64,000 bases of DNA, taken from Harriotta raleighana (Eukaryota). How positions within the stretch are numbered: the first letter of the stretch is position 1; the number at the start of each line of letters is the position of its first letter. This document shows, in pieces, positions 1-14,000 of this stretch. The stretch spans positions 1,074,116 to 1,138,115 of the forward strand of contig JBNZDD010013669.1 in the NCBI GenBank assembly GCA_050575255.1, written 5' to 3'. Under the pieces are notes generated by a model. It saw only the letters and a program-made list of their open reading frames with translations. It did no database searches and was not told where the DNA came from. The translations under genes and the position numbers were made by a program.

Positions 1-265
1 AACAAGTAATGGGAAAAGGGGGGTTAGGGGAATCCAGCCACAGGCTACCTACCTCAAGCCTCCAGGCAAATCCACACCCGACCAATGCAAGGTACCTACT
101 GAGGTGGGCTACAGCCAGCTGGCCCACTCTCCCCCTTCTCCCTGCTCTTGTCTCCCCTATCACCCGGGAAGTGGGCAAATTGTGGGGAGCTTGGGAGGGA
201 GGCAGAGAGCAACCAGGGAGAAGGGCAGCTGGAGATGGGAGAGAGCAGCCGGGAGAGGAGAGGGC
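1..265. mobile_element. Partial copy of the Tigger-like MITE at 43481-44292, in opposite orientation
   Basis: Reverse complement of about 43950-44216 (ccacacccgaccaatgcaaggtac; cgggaagtgggcaaat; gggagggaggcagagagcaac). Confidence 0.85.
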
Positions 266-919
266 TCATAACTAGGATCATCCAAACGGTAATATTGCAG
301 CAGCCACAGTATAACATGTATATTCCCTATCATTAGGGCTTTGTATGCTTTCATAAACATATTTGTTGTCCTGCCTAGGAGACCTCACTGATTTGTAGAT
401 CAAGTGATTTGCTTCTGTTTACAGTAATTGTAGTTTTCAGACTCTGGTTTTAACAATTTCTTTTGATCATAAACAAGAACAAATTGTTTAAGGATATGTG
501 CAGCAATATCTTTTGCAGTGATTCCTGCAATGCAAACTATGTTACAAAAATCAATAATTATTCTACTAAGATGACAGGAAATTTACGACTTCCTTTTGAG
601 TAGTGATTCTTCAGGCTTATTTTTAATTAGTTTAACCTCTGAAACTATACTAACTGTCTTGGAAGTCATAGCTTTCACACAATAAATAAGGAAGAATTGC
701 AGCAGAAGATTAATTGACGGTAACCAAAAATTGTGGATCAGAATCAATCTTGTATGAATGTGAAGGAACAATCCAAAACTGATGGGGAGTTGCAGTAGAA
801 GAGCCATAGTAAAGTACAGTGGTATTAATGTTTGATGTAACTGTCAATGAAGAAGTGCAGTAAAGATAAGATTTTAAAAAAAAAGTCAAATAACGGATAG
901 AATTATAATCTTTCCCTCT

Positions 920-1670
920 GGTAAAGCACCATTCACATCAGGAGGATGTCTTGAAGGGCTTCATAGTACATGCTGTAAAGTAGTTATTATTTATTTTGAA
1001 GGCAAACATGACAGCTACTTTGCACACAAACAGTCATGATCTGAAGGACCAATTTCATTTGGGGATTGTTGGCTAAGACATCATAAGAAACTTCCTTCGC
1101 TTTTCCTGTAATACCGTGGGATTTTTAATGTTTACCAAAACAGGCAGGTGGGACCTAGGTTTTACATTTTGTGTCAGCCTGGCATAATGGTAGAACTCTT
1201 GGGGTGGATAGGCGGGGGGGACGAGGAGTTGCATTGTTAGAGGGGTTACTGTCTTTCGAATGAGATGTTAAACGGAAGTCCTGCCTGTCCGATCAGGTAA
1301 AATTTAAAGATCCCATGGCACTGTTCAAAAAGTGAAGGGAGTTTCTTTCTCCTGGTGTCCTGTCCAACAAATCTCCCAAAGTAAAATTGGTCACTCACTC
1401 CTGGCTGTTTGTGGGATTTTGTTGTGCATAACTGGCTGCTGTGTTTCACCCAGAAAACACAGTCAATTAACTTTACAGTTTTTCTATGAAGCACTTGATA
1501 AGGCATGATATCAAATGTAAAGATTATTGTTATTATCTTGTCTGAAGGACGGAAGCCCTTCCTCCCCAACACTTCATTGAAGTGTAGACAATATGAGTTC
1601 CAATTACTGATGTGCGGCTTGAACCCATAACCTTCTGATTCAAGGGATACAAGTGTCACACACTAAGCCT
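920..1670. mobile_element. Nested DeuSINE-type SINEs: + copy (about 1171-1535) inserted into a - copy
   Basis: + copy has a tRNA-like head, aaagatcccatggcactgttc, the Deu core ctgtttgtggga...gtgcataactggctgctg and an L2 tail. Minus-strand pieces lie on both sides (gtgggatttttaatg; ggcttgaacccataaccttctg). Confidence 0.65.
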
Positions 1671-1769
1671 GGCATGGTCAAAAAAGCACCAAAAATTCAG
1701 CAATCTGAAATTATTTGTGTGCATGTTGGGAAAGAGAAGGAGAGTGTTTTCCTCACATTAGAAATTATC

Positions 1770-2775
1770 TAGACTTGGGTATAGGGAGTACCATTTCGAA
1801 GTTTGCAGATGACACAAAGTTAGGAAAAATAGTAAATAGTGAGGAGGATAGAAGCCATTTGCAAGAAGATATAGACCGAATGGTAAAATGGGCAGACATG
1901 TAACAGATGAAGTTTAATGTAGAGAAATGTGAGGTGATGCATTTTGGGAGGAGAAATGAGGGGAGGCAATATAGGCTAGGTAGTACAATTTTAAGGGATA
2001 TGAAGGAACAGAGAGACCTAGGGGTTTGTGTGAGAGATTCTTTGAAGGTGGCAGGATAAATAGACAAGGCTGTCAAAAAAGCATACGGGTTACTAGGCTT
2101 TATCAATAGGGGCATAGAGTACAAAAGTCAGGANTAAATAGACGAGGCTGTCAAAAAAGCGTACGGGTTACTAGGCTTTATCAATAGGGGCATAGAGTAC
2201 AAAAGTCAGGAAGTTCTGAATAATCTCTTAAAAAAAAACTTTGGTTAGGCCTCAGCTAGAATACTGTGTACAATTCTGGTCACCACACTTAAGGATGGAT
2301 ATTAAGGCATTAAAAGGGCAGAGGAGATTTACTAGGATGGTATCAGGGATGAGGGACTTCAGCTATGAGGAAAGGCTAGAGAGGCTAGGTTTATTCGCAT
2401 CGGAACAGAGAAGGTTCCGAGGAGACCTAATAGAGGTTTTTATGGGACTTCGACAAAGTAGATAGGGAAAAACTGTTTCCAGTGGTGATTCGTGGTCACA
2501 GATTTAAAATAGTTTCCAAAAGAAGCAGAGAGGAGGTGAGGAGAATTTTTTTCACTCAGCGAGTTGTTCGAATCTGGAATGCATTGTCTGAAAAGATGGT
2601 GAAGGCCGATCGATAACAACTTTTAAAAGAGAGGTAGACATTTATTTTGAGAAGATGGGTTTGCGAGGTTGTGGGGAGAGATCTGGGGAGTGGGATTAAA
2701 ATGCTCTTTTAAAGAGCCGGCATAGACTCGATGGGCCGAATGGCCTCCTTTTGTGCGTAAGATTCTATGCTTCTA
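1770..2775 (+). mobile_element. CR1 LINE 3' fragment (degenerate RT C-terminus and 3' UTR)
   Basis: ISKFADDTKLG and VRPQLEYCVQFWSP motifs; 3' end gggccgaatggcctcct...gattctatgcttcta; stops and frameshifts present. Confidence 0.92.
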
Positions 2776-5015
2776 GAAGACAACTACTCCTACAGGATAG
2801 AATCTTTCTTTTTCTCTCTTCTTCCCCCGCCCCCACTCCCATGAAGATTTGTCATTCTTTACGCCAACTCACAAGGGAGTTCATTTTTCAACCTGGATGT
2901 TAAATCTGGTTTACAAGAATTGGCCATTCAAAGCAGTAAATCTGTCATAATTGAAACTCGAGAGGCATTAGAATTACAGCTAGGACAAATAATGATGTCA
3001 ACCTTGACTTGGAGGATTTATTTTGTGTTATAGGAATTCGATATTAGCTCATTGTGTTTCATAGTTAGCTCTTTTGGTGGGACATGATTCTTCAGCAATT
3101 ATAGTCTGGATAATCCTGGTCACAGACATTTCTGTGTTGCCTGATAGGAGATGAGCTTTTGTGCTTTATGATGTGGGATTGATTCCTCTTTCTTATTTTT
3201 GTCTCTCTTCAGAAGTAATACTCTTCTGGTAGTAATTTTTTCGCCCACAAATACACAATCACTACACTTTACAGTATATTCTGTGAAGCACTTTTAAGAC
3301 GTGTTAAAGATGTGATAAGGCACTTTATAAAATACAAGGATTATTATTATTAATATTATTACTTTCCTAGACTGCATGAAAATTCTAGTTCATTTCAAGG
3401 ATGGGATTAGTATTTTGATCCTATAAGACTAACATTGAGGAGAGTTGTTGTATTCCCCTTATTTAACAGTAAGCATGGTTCAAATACTCCTACAAAATAG
3501 AATGTTTACTTGTTACTGATTCTGCTCATGTGCTATTCACTCTCAGGGTTAATTTAGTTCGATTTTTAAGATGCTTTTATAGAGTGCTGATCCCCAAACC
3601 ATCTTGCGATGTATATACAGTACTTGTATATTATAGGTCACTTTCACTATGAGGAGGGTATACATTGGGCCTAAAAATATTTATACAGTATCCAGGTGGA
3701 ATTTCTCCTCAACAGTGTCAATTGGGACTGATTAAATGCAAATGTGTATTGATATTGTAAATGAACCACAAACCTAATGACTATGGCCATTTATCATAGG
3801 AACTCCAATGTAAGATATGCCTTGAGGAATAGAGTCTCATATTCTATGCAAATGGAATTCCAAGTGTTGGTTTTATATCTACTGTATCTATATTATATAT
3901 ATATATATAGTACATATTTATTAGACCACATTGCATAATAAGGCAGCACACCCTTTTAATTTAAGGGGATTTTAATTTAATGTGTGCATTATGAGTAATT
4001 TTTCTTGACTGCATTATTATCATGACGGAGCAAATACAATTTGTCAGACACAAGGTGTAAGCCAATTTAATGTGATACTGTATCCATTTCCATGAGGAAC
4101 AGAATGATAAACATTTGTTAATCGTTAAGAAGTATTTGTTTAATAAAAATGAAGCCAATTCAGTTACTTAGGATTGTTCAATGATCTCTGAATTACATTG
4201 TATTGCCAGTTGGCAATAAAATCTTCATTTGACTATAAAATCTGCTTGAGAGAACCATAGAACAAACCCAAGCAAGACTTCATTGGACGAAGGCTGAAGT
4301 AGTGCACTCAAGAAGTCTTGAAAGAACTATTTTTGTATTTTCATACTAATTCTCTAAAACTTTGGCATTCCTTTTGCCAAAGAAAAATCAAAATACAGAT
4401 GAAACTATTCTGAATCATAACCTTGTTCTCTGCACTAAAACGTGTGGAAGACACTCAGAGGTAAAGCGAGTTCTCAAGCCCAGATTCCAGTGTGTTATAT
4501 GCTTCATTTTAGATCATGGGTCATTGGAAATTACAGCACAGAAGGAGGTGATTTGGAAGTCTTCTGTTAGGATCTCATTTTAACCTTTTCTGTTTCAATG
4601 AAAATAGCTTAATTTAGCAAGCCTCTCATCTTACCTATAAAGCCCTCAACCCTGGAATCCTCCCCTGACCTACAATTTCGGTAATGCATCTCTTACCCGT
4701 TGAGCTCAGTTAGATTAACCCACTCAGGTGATTGGATACCAGAGAAATGTGCTGGGAGTTGATTGCAGACAAATAACTAAAGCAGTATACACTTATTCAA
4801 TTTTTACAGGGATGATTACACTTTTAACATATTTTGCCCACTGCTTAATGTTGAAAGCCATGAGCTTAGTAATATGGTGTATTATTCAATGGTTGCTAGT
4901 TTGTAAAATCATGGAAATTGCATTTATAGAGCTTAATGCATAATTATATGCTTAAAAATAACATGTAAGCACTGCTTAAGGACTTTTTGATCTTATACAT
5001 ATTTGTCATTTTCAG

Positions 5016-5091
5016 ATAAACCTACTTGGGCATTGCTGGTAAATCAGCTGAATATTTATCAACATGAACCGTGCTTTTAGTAGGAAAAAAG
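5016..5091 (+). CDS. GULP1: GULP1 first coding exon (5' UTR 5016-5063; ATG at 5064; MNRAFSRKK+G)
   Basis: Acceptor ttttcag|, aacATGaaccgtgcttttagtaggaaaaaag|gtaagt, phase 1. The exon is preceded by an acceptor, so non-coding upstream exons and the promoter probably lie outside the window. Confidence 0.93.
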
Positions 5092-8000
5092 GTAAGTAAA
5101 CATCTTATCGATCCTTACATATGAATGAACCGTTCCTGGGATTAATACAGTAGTTTTAATGTGTTAATCTTGTGAATTGTTTTAGTTCAGTGATTTACAT
5201 TAGCATCTGCTGCAAAATCCAACAGATTTATTTGAATGGAAAGGTGCAACAAGTAATCAGATCTATTCCCAAATGCTGCTTTGCACAAGAAATGTTCAAA
5301 TTATTTACCTGTTGCACTTCAACCCATTGGGGCTATATTGACTTCACCATTAAGCAACTACTGTTGAGAATCCATTTGTTCAGTCGCTGAAACCATTTGC
5401 TCAATCTCTAAACCCCAGAAGCTGTTTTTTATTTTTAATATTTTTTTCTGTGTTCTTCCATTTGTGTATTGAGATTTTTTTTTGAAAGGTGCGTGTTTAT
5501 GCTTTTCCTGCTTGGCTGCATCCAGTTGGATCCACCCTGGATATCTTTTGGTTTATGTTATTAGTGCAATCCTGACAAGCAGGTGTAGTGAGTAGATGTA
5601 CTGCTTAGGAACCTGGAATTTGCGTGCTGAGCTTGTTGGTCTCAGTCAATGTATATGGGAATGCTAAACTGTCTCCAGGTTTCCCAAGGTTAGAGAAGGG
5701 AAAACCAGCCAGGCTTCTTCCTGCTGTTCTCTGTAATACCCTCTGCTGGTTTTGTTTGTGTGTGTTTAGCTGTCAGGGTGAGCAGAGATTAGGCTTGGCT
5801 GTGGGACCCTCTAAAGTCACGTGGCCTGCCAGCACTCACTGCCAAGCCTCACACAGAAACAATGATCAATTGAGCTGAGCAACAGAAGGCAACCCGCATC
5901 AATGGCACTTATCCTTAGGAAGAAGAGGCCAGACTAGAAGCACAGAAGCATATAGAGAGAAACTTCCAAACATAATTGCATGCACTATCTTTTATATTAA
6001 AGAAAATTTAACACAACAATAATATAGATTTTACTGATTCAGGCTCGACTACAGGAACTCTCTCTTGTCAGCCTTCCCAGCTCCTCCATTCACAGGCTGC
6101 AGATCATTCAGCTCGTGTACTCTCCCTCACTGGGCTCCGCGACCACATCACTCCCACCCTCGCCCGTCTCCACTGGCTTCCCATCCCCCGGAGGATCGAA
6201 TTCAAGATCCTCATCCTCACTTTCAAGGCCATTCACGGCCTTACCCCCGCCTATCTCTCTGACCTGCTATCTCCCTATCAGCCTGTCCGCCCCTGCCGCT
6301 CAGCACACACTGGCCTGCTCCGCGTCCACCGCCCTAACCGCCCAATCATCAGTAGCCGAGCTTTCAGCCTCTCTGCCCACACACTCTGTAACTCCATCCT
6401 GCAATCCCTTTACCTCACTTCCTCCCTTTCCTCCTTCAAGGTCGATCTCAAGACCTTCCTCTTTGACCATGCCTTTGGCTCCCCTTCTAACTCTTCCCTT
6501 TCTCCTACTCTTCTTCCCCTTTCCCTTACTCCAACCCAACCCCCTCCCCCCTGCTCGGGTCCTGACCTGATTATTCAGCACCTTGGGACGTCCTCCCGAC
6601 ATAAAAGTGTAATTTTGTTGTTGGTTGTAATAATAATTCTTGCATTATATATAGCACTATATCAAGTTTTTGAGGTGTCTCAAAGTATTTCACAGTATAT
6701 ACTATCAAGTGAATTAATTGTATATCTTCTGAGCAAAACCTGGCTGCCAATTGCGAACAGCAGTGTCCCTCAAACATTCTGCATTCCGTCATTGAATGAT
6801 CGATCTCCTTCTATAATTAGCAAGATCAACCTTGAAGAGTCTTTTTTTCAGCTGTTAATTGGTGAAAGGAAGTCCTTGATCTCAATATCTATTTTATGAT
6901 CTAGTACAAGTGGAATAAATCAAAGGGAACATAATCCATCAAGATTGTCCTACGTGGGCCGATCTAATCCATTATCCTTAGGTTCCTTTGCTTTCCCAGA
7001 ACTGCAAGACTAGCATTTCCTCACCTTTCCTTGGATTTAAGGATACCTCCACTTATTCTGTTCTTGCAAAAGTAATGTCCCACAATTGGTCTGTAGACAC
7101 AGGATTCACTTTGCCATCTTCTCTGGTTTATTTTGTAAATTGAGGATCCAATGCGGATATTAATTCATTCTCAAAACTCATTTCATTGTTGGCTTAATAC
7201 AAAGCTAAATAATCCTTACCATTGATATATACGATAATGTAAGCGGCTCCCAAGCGCTTGATAAGACTTTGATGTCGAGTGCACTCACCTTTTTTTTGTC
7301 GGGAACTGCAGCAGCCAAAAAGACAGCCCTTAGTGAATGTCGAATTTAGCTGAAAGATTATTGACGATGGTATTGGGAGATATTGCCTTCTCTTTTTGAA
7401 TTAAGGATCTGTAACCTGTACTTGCCAGGACCTCAGATTAATCTTGAAGGATGGCACGCCTGACATTCCTGGCCCTCCGTGCCCTCCCCCACCCCGCCTT
7501 GGACCATGTGGGGCTTGAACTCACAACCTTTTGACCCAGATGTTCACATGCTACTAAATAGTTTTCAAAGTATTTAACCGCATCAGTTTCATTGAAAACA
7601 TGACAATGTTTTGCTATTTTTCCCTCACAAACGTTTTATCAGATTTTGATTTTATTTAATCTTAGTTCTTTCACAATGTCTTCCTACACCTTGATTTACA
7701 TCCAGGAATCACATTTACTTCTTTCCTCTACATTTTTAGGGAAATAATGCTTGAATATGAATATTATATTTTAAGTGTGCTCTCTTTTTTATAAAGAGTT
7801 CTATTCTGCATGTATAGCACTTTATAAGTGCAAGTTGTTGTTGGATTCAGTGCCTAGTAGAACGCAATCACCTGTTAGCTGGACAAACAAGCATGGTTAG
7901 CAGGATCTACTGTTTGTATTTGTTAATTTCTTTATCAAATGAATAACCGAAAGCACATTGCTGATAAATATCCTTTTTTTTAACCTTCACTGTTGTTAAT

Positions 8001-11000
8001 CTTCTCAAAAACAAGTACTGCGTTAATAAGAATACAGTAATATGACTTTGCAGTCATTATGTATCTCTCCAGATTTCAATGAGCTTCTAGAATATTTTAG
8101 ATATATTTGAGAGCTCCCCTGCTGTTGAATTTACTTACCCAAGCTCTACTCTTCTGTGACTAATCTGTCAGGCTCCCTGTTTTCAAAACTAAACTTGTCA
8201 GATGGTTTGCCTGGATGATTTCTTTTCATCTTCCCCAATGGCCTTGACTCTTTGTTTAGGTATTATCCCTGTGAATGTATCTTTCCAATTAAACTTTTGT
8301 AGTTAATCCTTGAAAACCATTAACACTTTCTGTTTCCAAGTGCATGATAATTATAATTATAATCATCCAAAATTTGATACAGTGCTTTTAATGTCCTCAA
8401 AGTGCTTCACAGAATCTACTGTAATTCACAGAATTTGTGGGCAAAATGGGGCAGCCAATTGCACGCAGAGTGTCCCACAAACAGTCTTAGATTAGAATGA
8501 ACAATTCATTACTGTATTGTTTTTTTCTTACGGGATTAGTATCAGGCATGTAGAGTAAGGAAAGCCCAAGGCTTTACCCTGGCCAGGAATCAAACCCAGG
8601 TCTCTAGGGTGCCATACAAGTGTTATAACCACTGAGCTACAGGACGCCATGGGACTAATTTATTATGGTTGCCTCCAGGGCTTCTTCTATTGCAATGCTT
8701 TGGATGTAAATATTTCCCAATTTGGTTTACTGATGATTTCTGAGGTGATGCTCATTCATAATGGAATCTGTTTGGTGTTGAAACCAGTGTGGCATCTGTT
8801 TTAGCTGCTGCGGTTCGGATAAAGAATCAAAAAGCAGTCCCTAACAACATGAATAAATGCATCTCTCTCTCATGAAGGTGACCTGCTTCCACCCACTGTA
8901 TTCCAAGATAATTGAAATCATCCATGATCTCGGATCTTACCTTTTATTTTAGGCAGTATCTTTTATTCATGCAAACTGTTCAATGTCAGGTTGCTCACTT
9001 TGTGCCGGCTCTTTGGGACGGTTGCCCATTGCAATTTCCATGCTTCTTGTTGTCATTAAACTAAATCCAAATGAATTCTGACAGTGCAACCTATACTTAA
9101 AGGTCTTCTCTCAGACATGATAATTCCTTACAACCCAGTAAAGCCGCACATCTATCTTATCAAATTGTGTATGCCTTTCTGACCATTGAAACCACACAAA
9201 TTCCTTTCCCCACACTCTGTCCAAGTCTCATTTATTGTTATATTAATGAGTAGAAAGTAAAGATGTGATTCTCATTTCTCCTTGCGTTTGTGCAAAAAAA
9301 ATGCTGACCTATCATCAAACTGTCATCCATCATTAGCAACCACTCAATAACTGAAGACATCATGAAGTGGTCATTTGATTAATGTCAATTGCAATTTAGT
9401 CCTAATACATTTTCTGTATTTGTGATTAAAATATTCTTGCATTTGATGCAGAGGCTTTCATGTCAGAAAGATATCTCAAAGCGCTTCACAACATATACTG
9501 GTTGTTAGTCGAATGGCAGATCACTTTTCCGGGGGTAATATTTTCTTCAAATCTTTTACATTAAAAAATTTGGTCACTCAAATCACCACTGTTTGTGGTT
9601 ATACTGCTATCGCAATTGGCTGCTGCATTTCTCACAGAAAATATACAGTCAATTCACTTTACAATATATTCTGCGAAGCATTTTGAGAAGTCTCAAAGAC
9701 ATGAAAAGATTCTTATCAAATGCAAGGATTATTTTTCTTAATACTAAATAATACCGATGGTGTATTTTGCAGGCAAATGTGGCAGCCATTTTGTAAAAAA
9801 ATTACAAAATAATGACACACAAACAGCTATTGCATTTAGTTAGGTATTTGCTATCCAGGTATTCTTGCATTATTATTATTATTATTTTAAATCCTGAAAA
9901 ATACCCAGGGTTTTTGTGGTGGCGGTAGGGAGGGTGAGGCATTAAAATTTAATTTAGCTTGGGAGTCAGAATCCTCCATTGTCAAGTTCTATGGGATATT
10001 AGCCTTCGTGATTTGTGCTATATAACTGCAGGTTTGTGGAGTCCTGTAGCTCAGTGGTTAGAGCACTCACCTTACAAGTGAGAAACTTGAGTTTGATTCC
10101 GGCCAGGGCAAAACCTTGGGCAAGTTTCATTCCTAATAATAATCCCTCAAAAATAAATTGGACAATTCTATCCATGACTTTTGTTCATTGGTCATTTCAA
10201 TCCTCCTGATGTGAAAGGCGCTCTATAAATGTTATTTTGTTGTTGTTGTTGTTTGTGAAACACTGCCATGCGCAATTGGCTGCTGCATTTGCCCACAAAT
10301 ATACAGTCATTTCACTTTATCGTATATTCTGTGAGGTGCTTTGAGACGTCTAGAAGACGTGAAAAGCACTGTATCAAAATGCAAGGATTAAGTTGTTGTT
10401 TTAAGGGAATTGGAGAAAACATTATTTGTTCTATGTATAATATCCGGGAATGGGAAGCACATGTGGCTGATAAAGTTGTGGTTTGATTGATATTTAGATG
10501 AGTGAGCTCACATAATAAATAGGACAAACAATTTGAAAGTGGATGTTATATCCGACACAGTGTGCGCTAGCCTGCACTGGTATTTCTGCTACAGTACAGC
10601 ACTTCTGTGATAAAGTAGCACTGTCGTACCCTTTATAAGAGCATATTGGGTATGCACTACCTCAGTCTGACAAGTATGAAGTGCTACTTTTATTGCTTCG
10701 CTGCACCATATGTGATTTGACAGCCGATTAATCCTGAGAGTGCCAACAGAAGACATTTTGAGCTTGTGTAATATTGAAAGACTTGTTAATAGTACTAAAG
10801 TTACTCCAAACTGGATATTGAAAGTTTTGTGGCCACCATTTTTCTTTTCGGCCTTTATTGTGACTGAAAAATAGATTGAAAAGTTTGAGGGGAGAGGGTA
10901 TGGAGAGAGGGTTGAATCTTTGAATTACAAACTTATGAATTACAACTAAAGCAACAGATGTGTTTTGAGGGATAGTGTTTGATGGACCCTATTGTCTGAC

Positions 11001-14000
11001 AAGGAAGTGGGATTGACTTTTAATAAATAATGCACTGCAGGGAAACTGTGAGGAAATAGGAGTTCCTAACTTTATTTTAGAAGCTGCAAGGATTGAAGAA
11101 ACAAAAATGGTTATCATCTCAGATCAAATGTAATGCTGTGACGCAATTGCTAATTGCTGTAACATGGTTCATGGTTTACCAATGACGTTGAACAGTTCTC
11201 AGGAAGTCATTTTTGATCTGATTTAAACCAGTCTTCAGGGAATAGACTTTTGACTTGTTAACAATAGAAAGTACTCCATCATTCAGTCTGGTCTAGCTAT
11301 CTCACCATTGGTTCTGTGCTTTCAATTTACAGCATTCCCGTATATATTTTTCAAAAAAAAACTGCTGTTGCACTGAAGTACAGTATTTATTTTGTGCTGT
11401 TCATTTATTTCATTTATTCTTGTGTTATTTTACTTTCAGTTAAAATTTCGATTGAAAACCAAGACTCCTGAGATGCCAATTTTCAGTTGTGCGATTACGA
11501 TAGTACAGTATTTGGAATCACTAAAAAGTGTGGAGAATTCTTTTTGCTTTAAAAATTGCAGGAGTAAAGAGGAAGTGTGATAGGAATAGTAGTTGAAAGT
11601 GTATGTGGATTATTCTGTGCGTGTTACACAATAAAATAATAATCCTTGCGTTTGATATAGTGCTTTTTTCATGTCTTCCAGACACCTCAAAGCTCTTCAC
11701 AGAATATACTGTAAAGTGAATTGATTATATTTGTGGGCGAAATAGCATCTGTAGTTCCTTTTGGAATCTGTTTGGAACTTTAGAAGTAGATGAGAATACT
11801 TTTTGTTTTGCCTTTGTACCCCCATCACCTCTGTTGCTACTTTCGGTAAAACAAAGTTCATTTTTTTTGGTGATACTGTATTATTAGACATCAATCAATC
11901 AATCAATCAATCAAGATACCATTTATATGGAGTCTTTCATGTCAGGAGGATGTCCCAAGGCACTGTACAGTCAAGTAGGGATCAGAGTAGGCGAGGGAGG
12001 GATCGGTGGAAGGAAAATAGGAAAAATTGACTGTATATTTGCGGACGAAAACACGACTGTATATTTGTGGGTGACATAGTTCCTTATTGCTCATTCCATC
12101 TATTGGACTTGGGACTGTCTCTCCCCATGCCACTGCCTGCAGGACTCAAGATCGAAATAACCAATATTTCCTTTGGATGGATTGTAAAAAAAATGCTGTT
12201 ATAGGGGGGAAAAAAAGCCCCAACAAACATTGCACAGAGGCAAGATTGTTGAGAATTCTCTCAGACTGTTTAACAGCAGATTCAAGGAGCAGTTCAAACA
12301 AATGAGCTGCTGCTGCAGCAATCAGTACCTTGGACAAATATCGCTCTATAACTGAACACACTGAAGAAAATGGATCTCTAACCCATCTTTTCAGAACCAG
12401 GCAAGGACTGGAATGAATGGCATTTGGCCAGACATCTGTTCTAACCCCTTCTGCTACAAGTTATCTTTGATGCGCAGGCTGCATTAGCTCTTCATTTGCT
12501 GTCCTCTTTGTGAGAACAAGATAGGAATGGCATTGTGCTCGGTCTCTCACCTAATGATTTGAGAAAATAATCCTATCAAGGGGCTCAAAGACAAGTGTTA
12601 TTGGTTTGTCTCAGACAAAGACTGCCTATCATTGGGATGTTTACAGATCATTCTGTAAAATAGTTTGGTTGAACGACGTCACAGGATGTGGATTTGTTTA
12701 ATTTATCATTGATTCTTCATTGAGCAAACTCTTTGTCAATGGAGCTACCAGTTCACAAAGACAACAACAACAAAATTGCATTCACATAATAATAATCCTT
12801 GCTATTGATATAGCACCTTATCACATCTTCAAGACATTTCAGATTGGTTCACCGAGTATACTGTAAAGTGAATTGACTGTATATTTTGGAAAAAGATGAG
12901 TAGTCAGATCACGTAGCAGAATTTTGGAGAATTTAACAAAAACATTTAATAGAAGCAAAAACTTGTCACTGTGCTCTTGGAAATTGTGGAAGGGATCAAT
13001 TTAATGGGCTAAGTGATGTTTCCCAAATCCATCGTTTATGTTCTTTGATCGATCTGTGGCAGCATATTCTATAGCACAGAATCAAATAGGCAGCTTGTCT
13101 CCATCAATAAAACACTGTTCTGCGGCATGGATGATATTATACAAGACTAAGCAATCGTTTTTGCATGTAAGAACTGTTTGAAAATCGTGCAGTGTCCAGC
13201 AGTGTTGTTAAAAGAGAAATTATCATGCGACTCGCTTTCATTTTTAGTTTTGAATCTCCAAACTATGTCAAGGTTTCACAGAAGTAGGTGGTCATAAATA
13301 GTATGGGTGGCTGAGGCTCTCATCTCTGAGTCAGAGAGTTGCGGATTCAAGTCTATGACAAGACCTCAAGTCCTCAATCCAAAATCTTGAGCTCCCAGTC
13401 TAGGTTTTCACTCGATCCGTTCTCCTCTGATGTCCTAGCCAACAATCATTTCAATAAATGGATCATTTGCTTTGTGGCTGTTTGTAAAACGTTGTTGTGT
13501 GCAAGTCGGCCACCAAACCTGCCTACAAATGAACAGTGGGTACACTCGACAGTATTTAACTTTGTAGCGGTTTGGAATGTTTCAATGTTATAGGTACTAT
13601 AACATTATCAAAGGATTTAAAGGATTTAGAAGGATTTAATATAGTTCTTTTAAAGTGACTCCCAGGATCAGTGGTGCTCAATACACCGATGAATGAATTA
13701 TTTGCAATGAAGAGGAACAGTAAAGTAGAAAAGGGTAGAACAACAACACTTTGGATATATATAGTGCCCCTCATCCAGGGTAGCGTCTCAGAGCACCTGA
13801 CAGTGGTGGAGCACAATGCTGAGCCAGGGAGATGGGGAGGTGACCTTAGACATGCTCGAATAGGAAGAACTTCAGGAGTGATCTAAAATGGGTAGTAAGA
13901 TTTTCCAAAGTTGAGGCTGTTTATGTGTTTTTGCTGAAGAAAGCCCAACCAGTTCAGGGTCATATGATGTCTGGTACTTTGATATAAATCCTGTTAACCT

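Noticed and set aside
2057-2212. Tandem duplication of about 77 bp within the CR1 fragment
   Set aside because: Centred on a single N (2134); an unmerged contig overlap, i.e. assembly artefact
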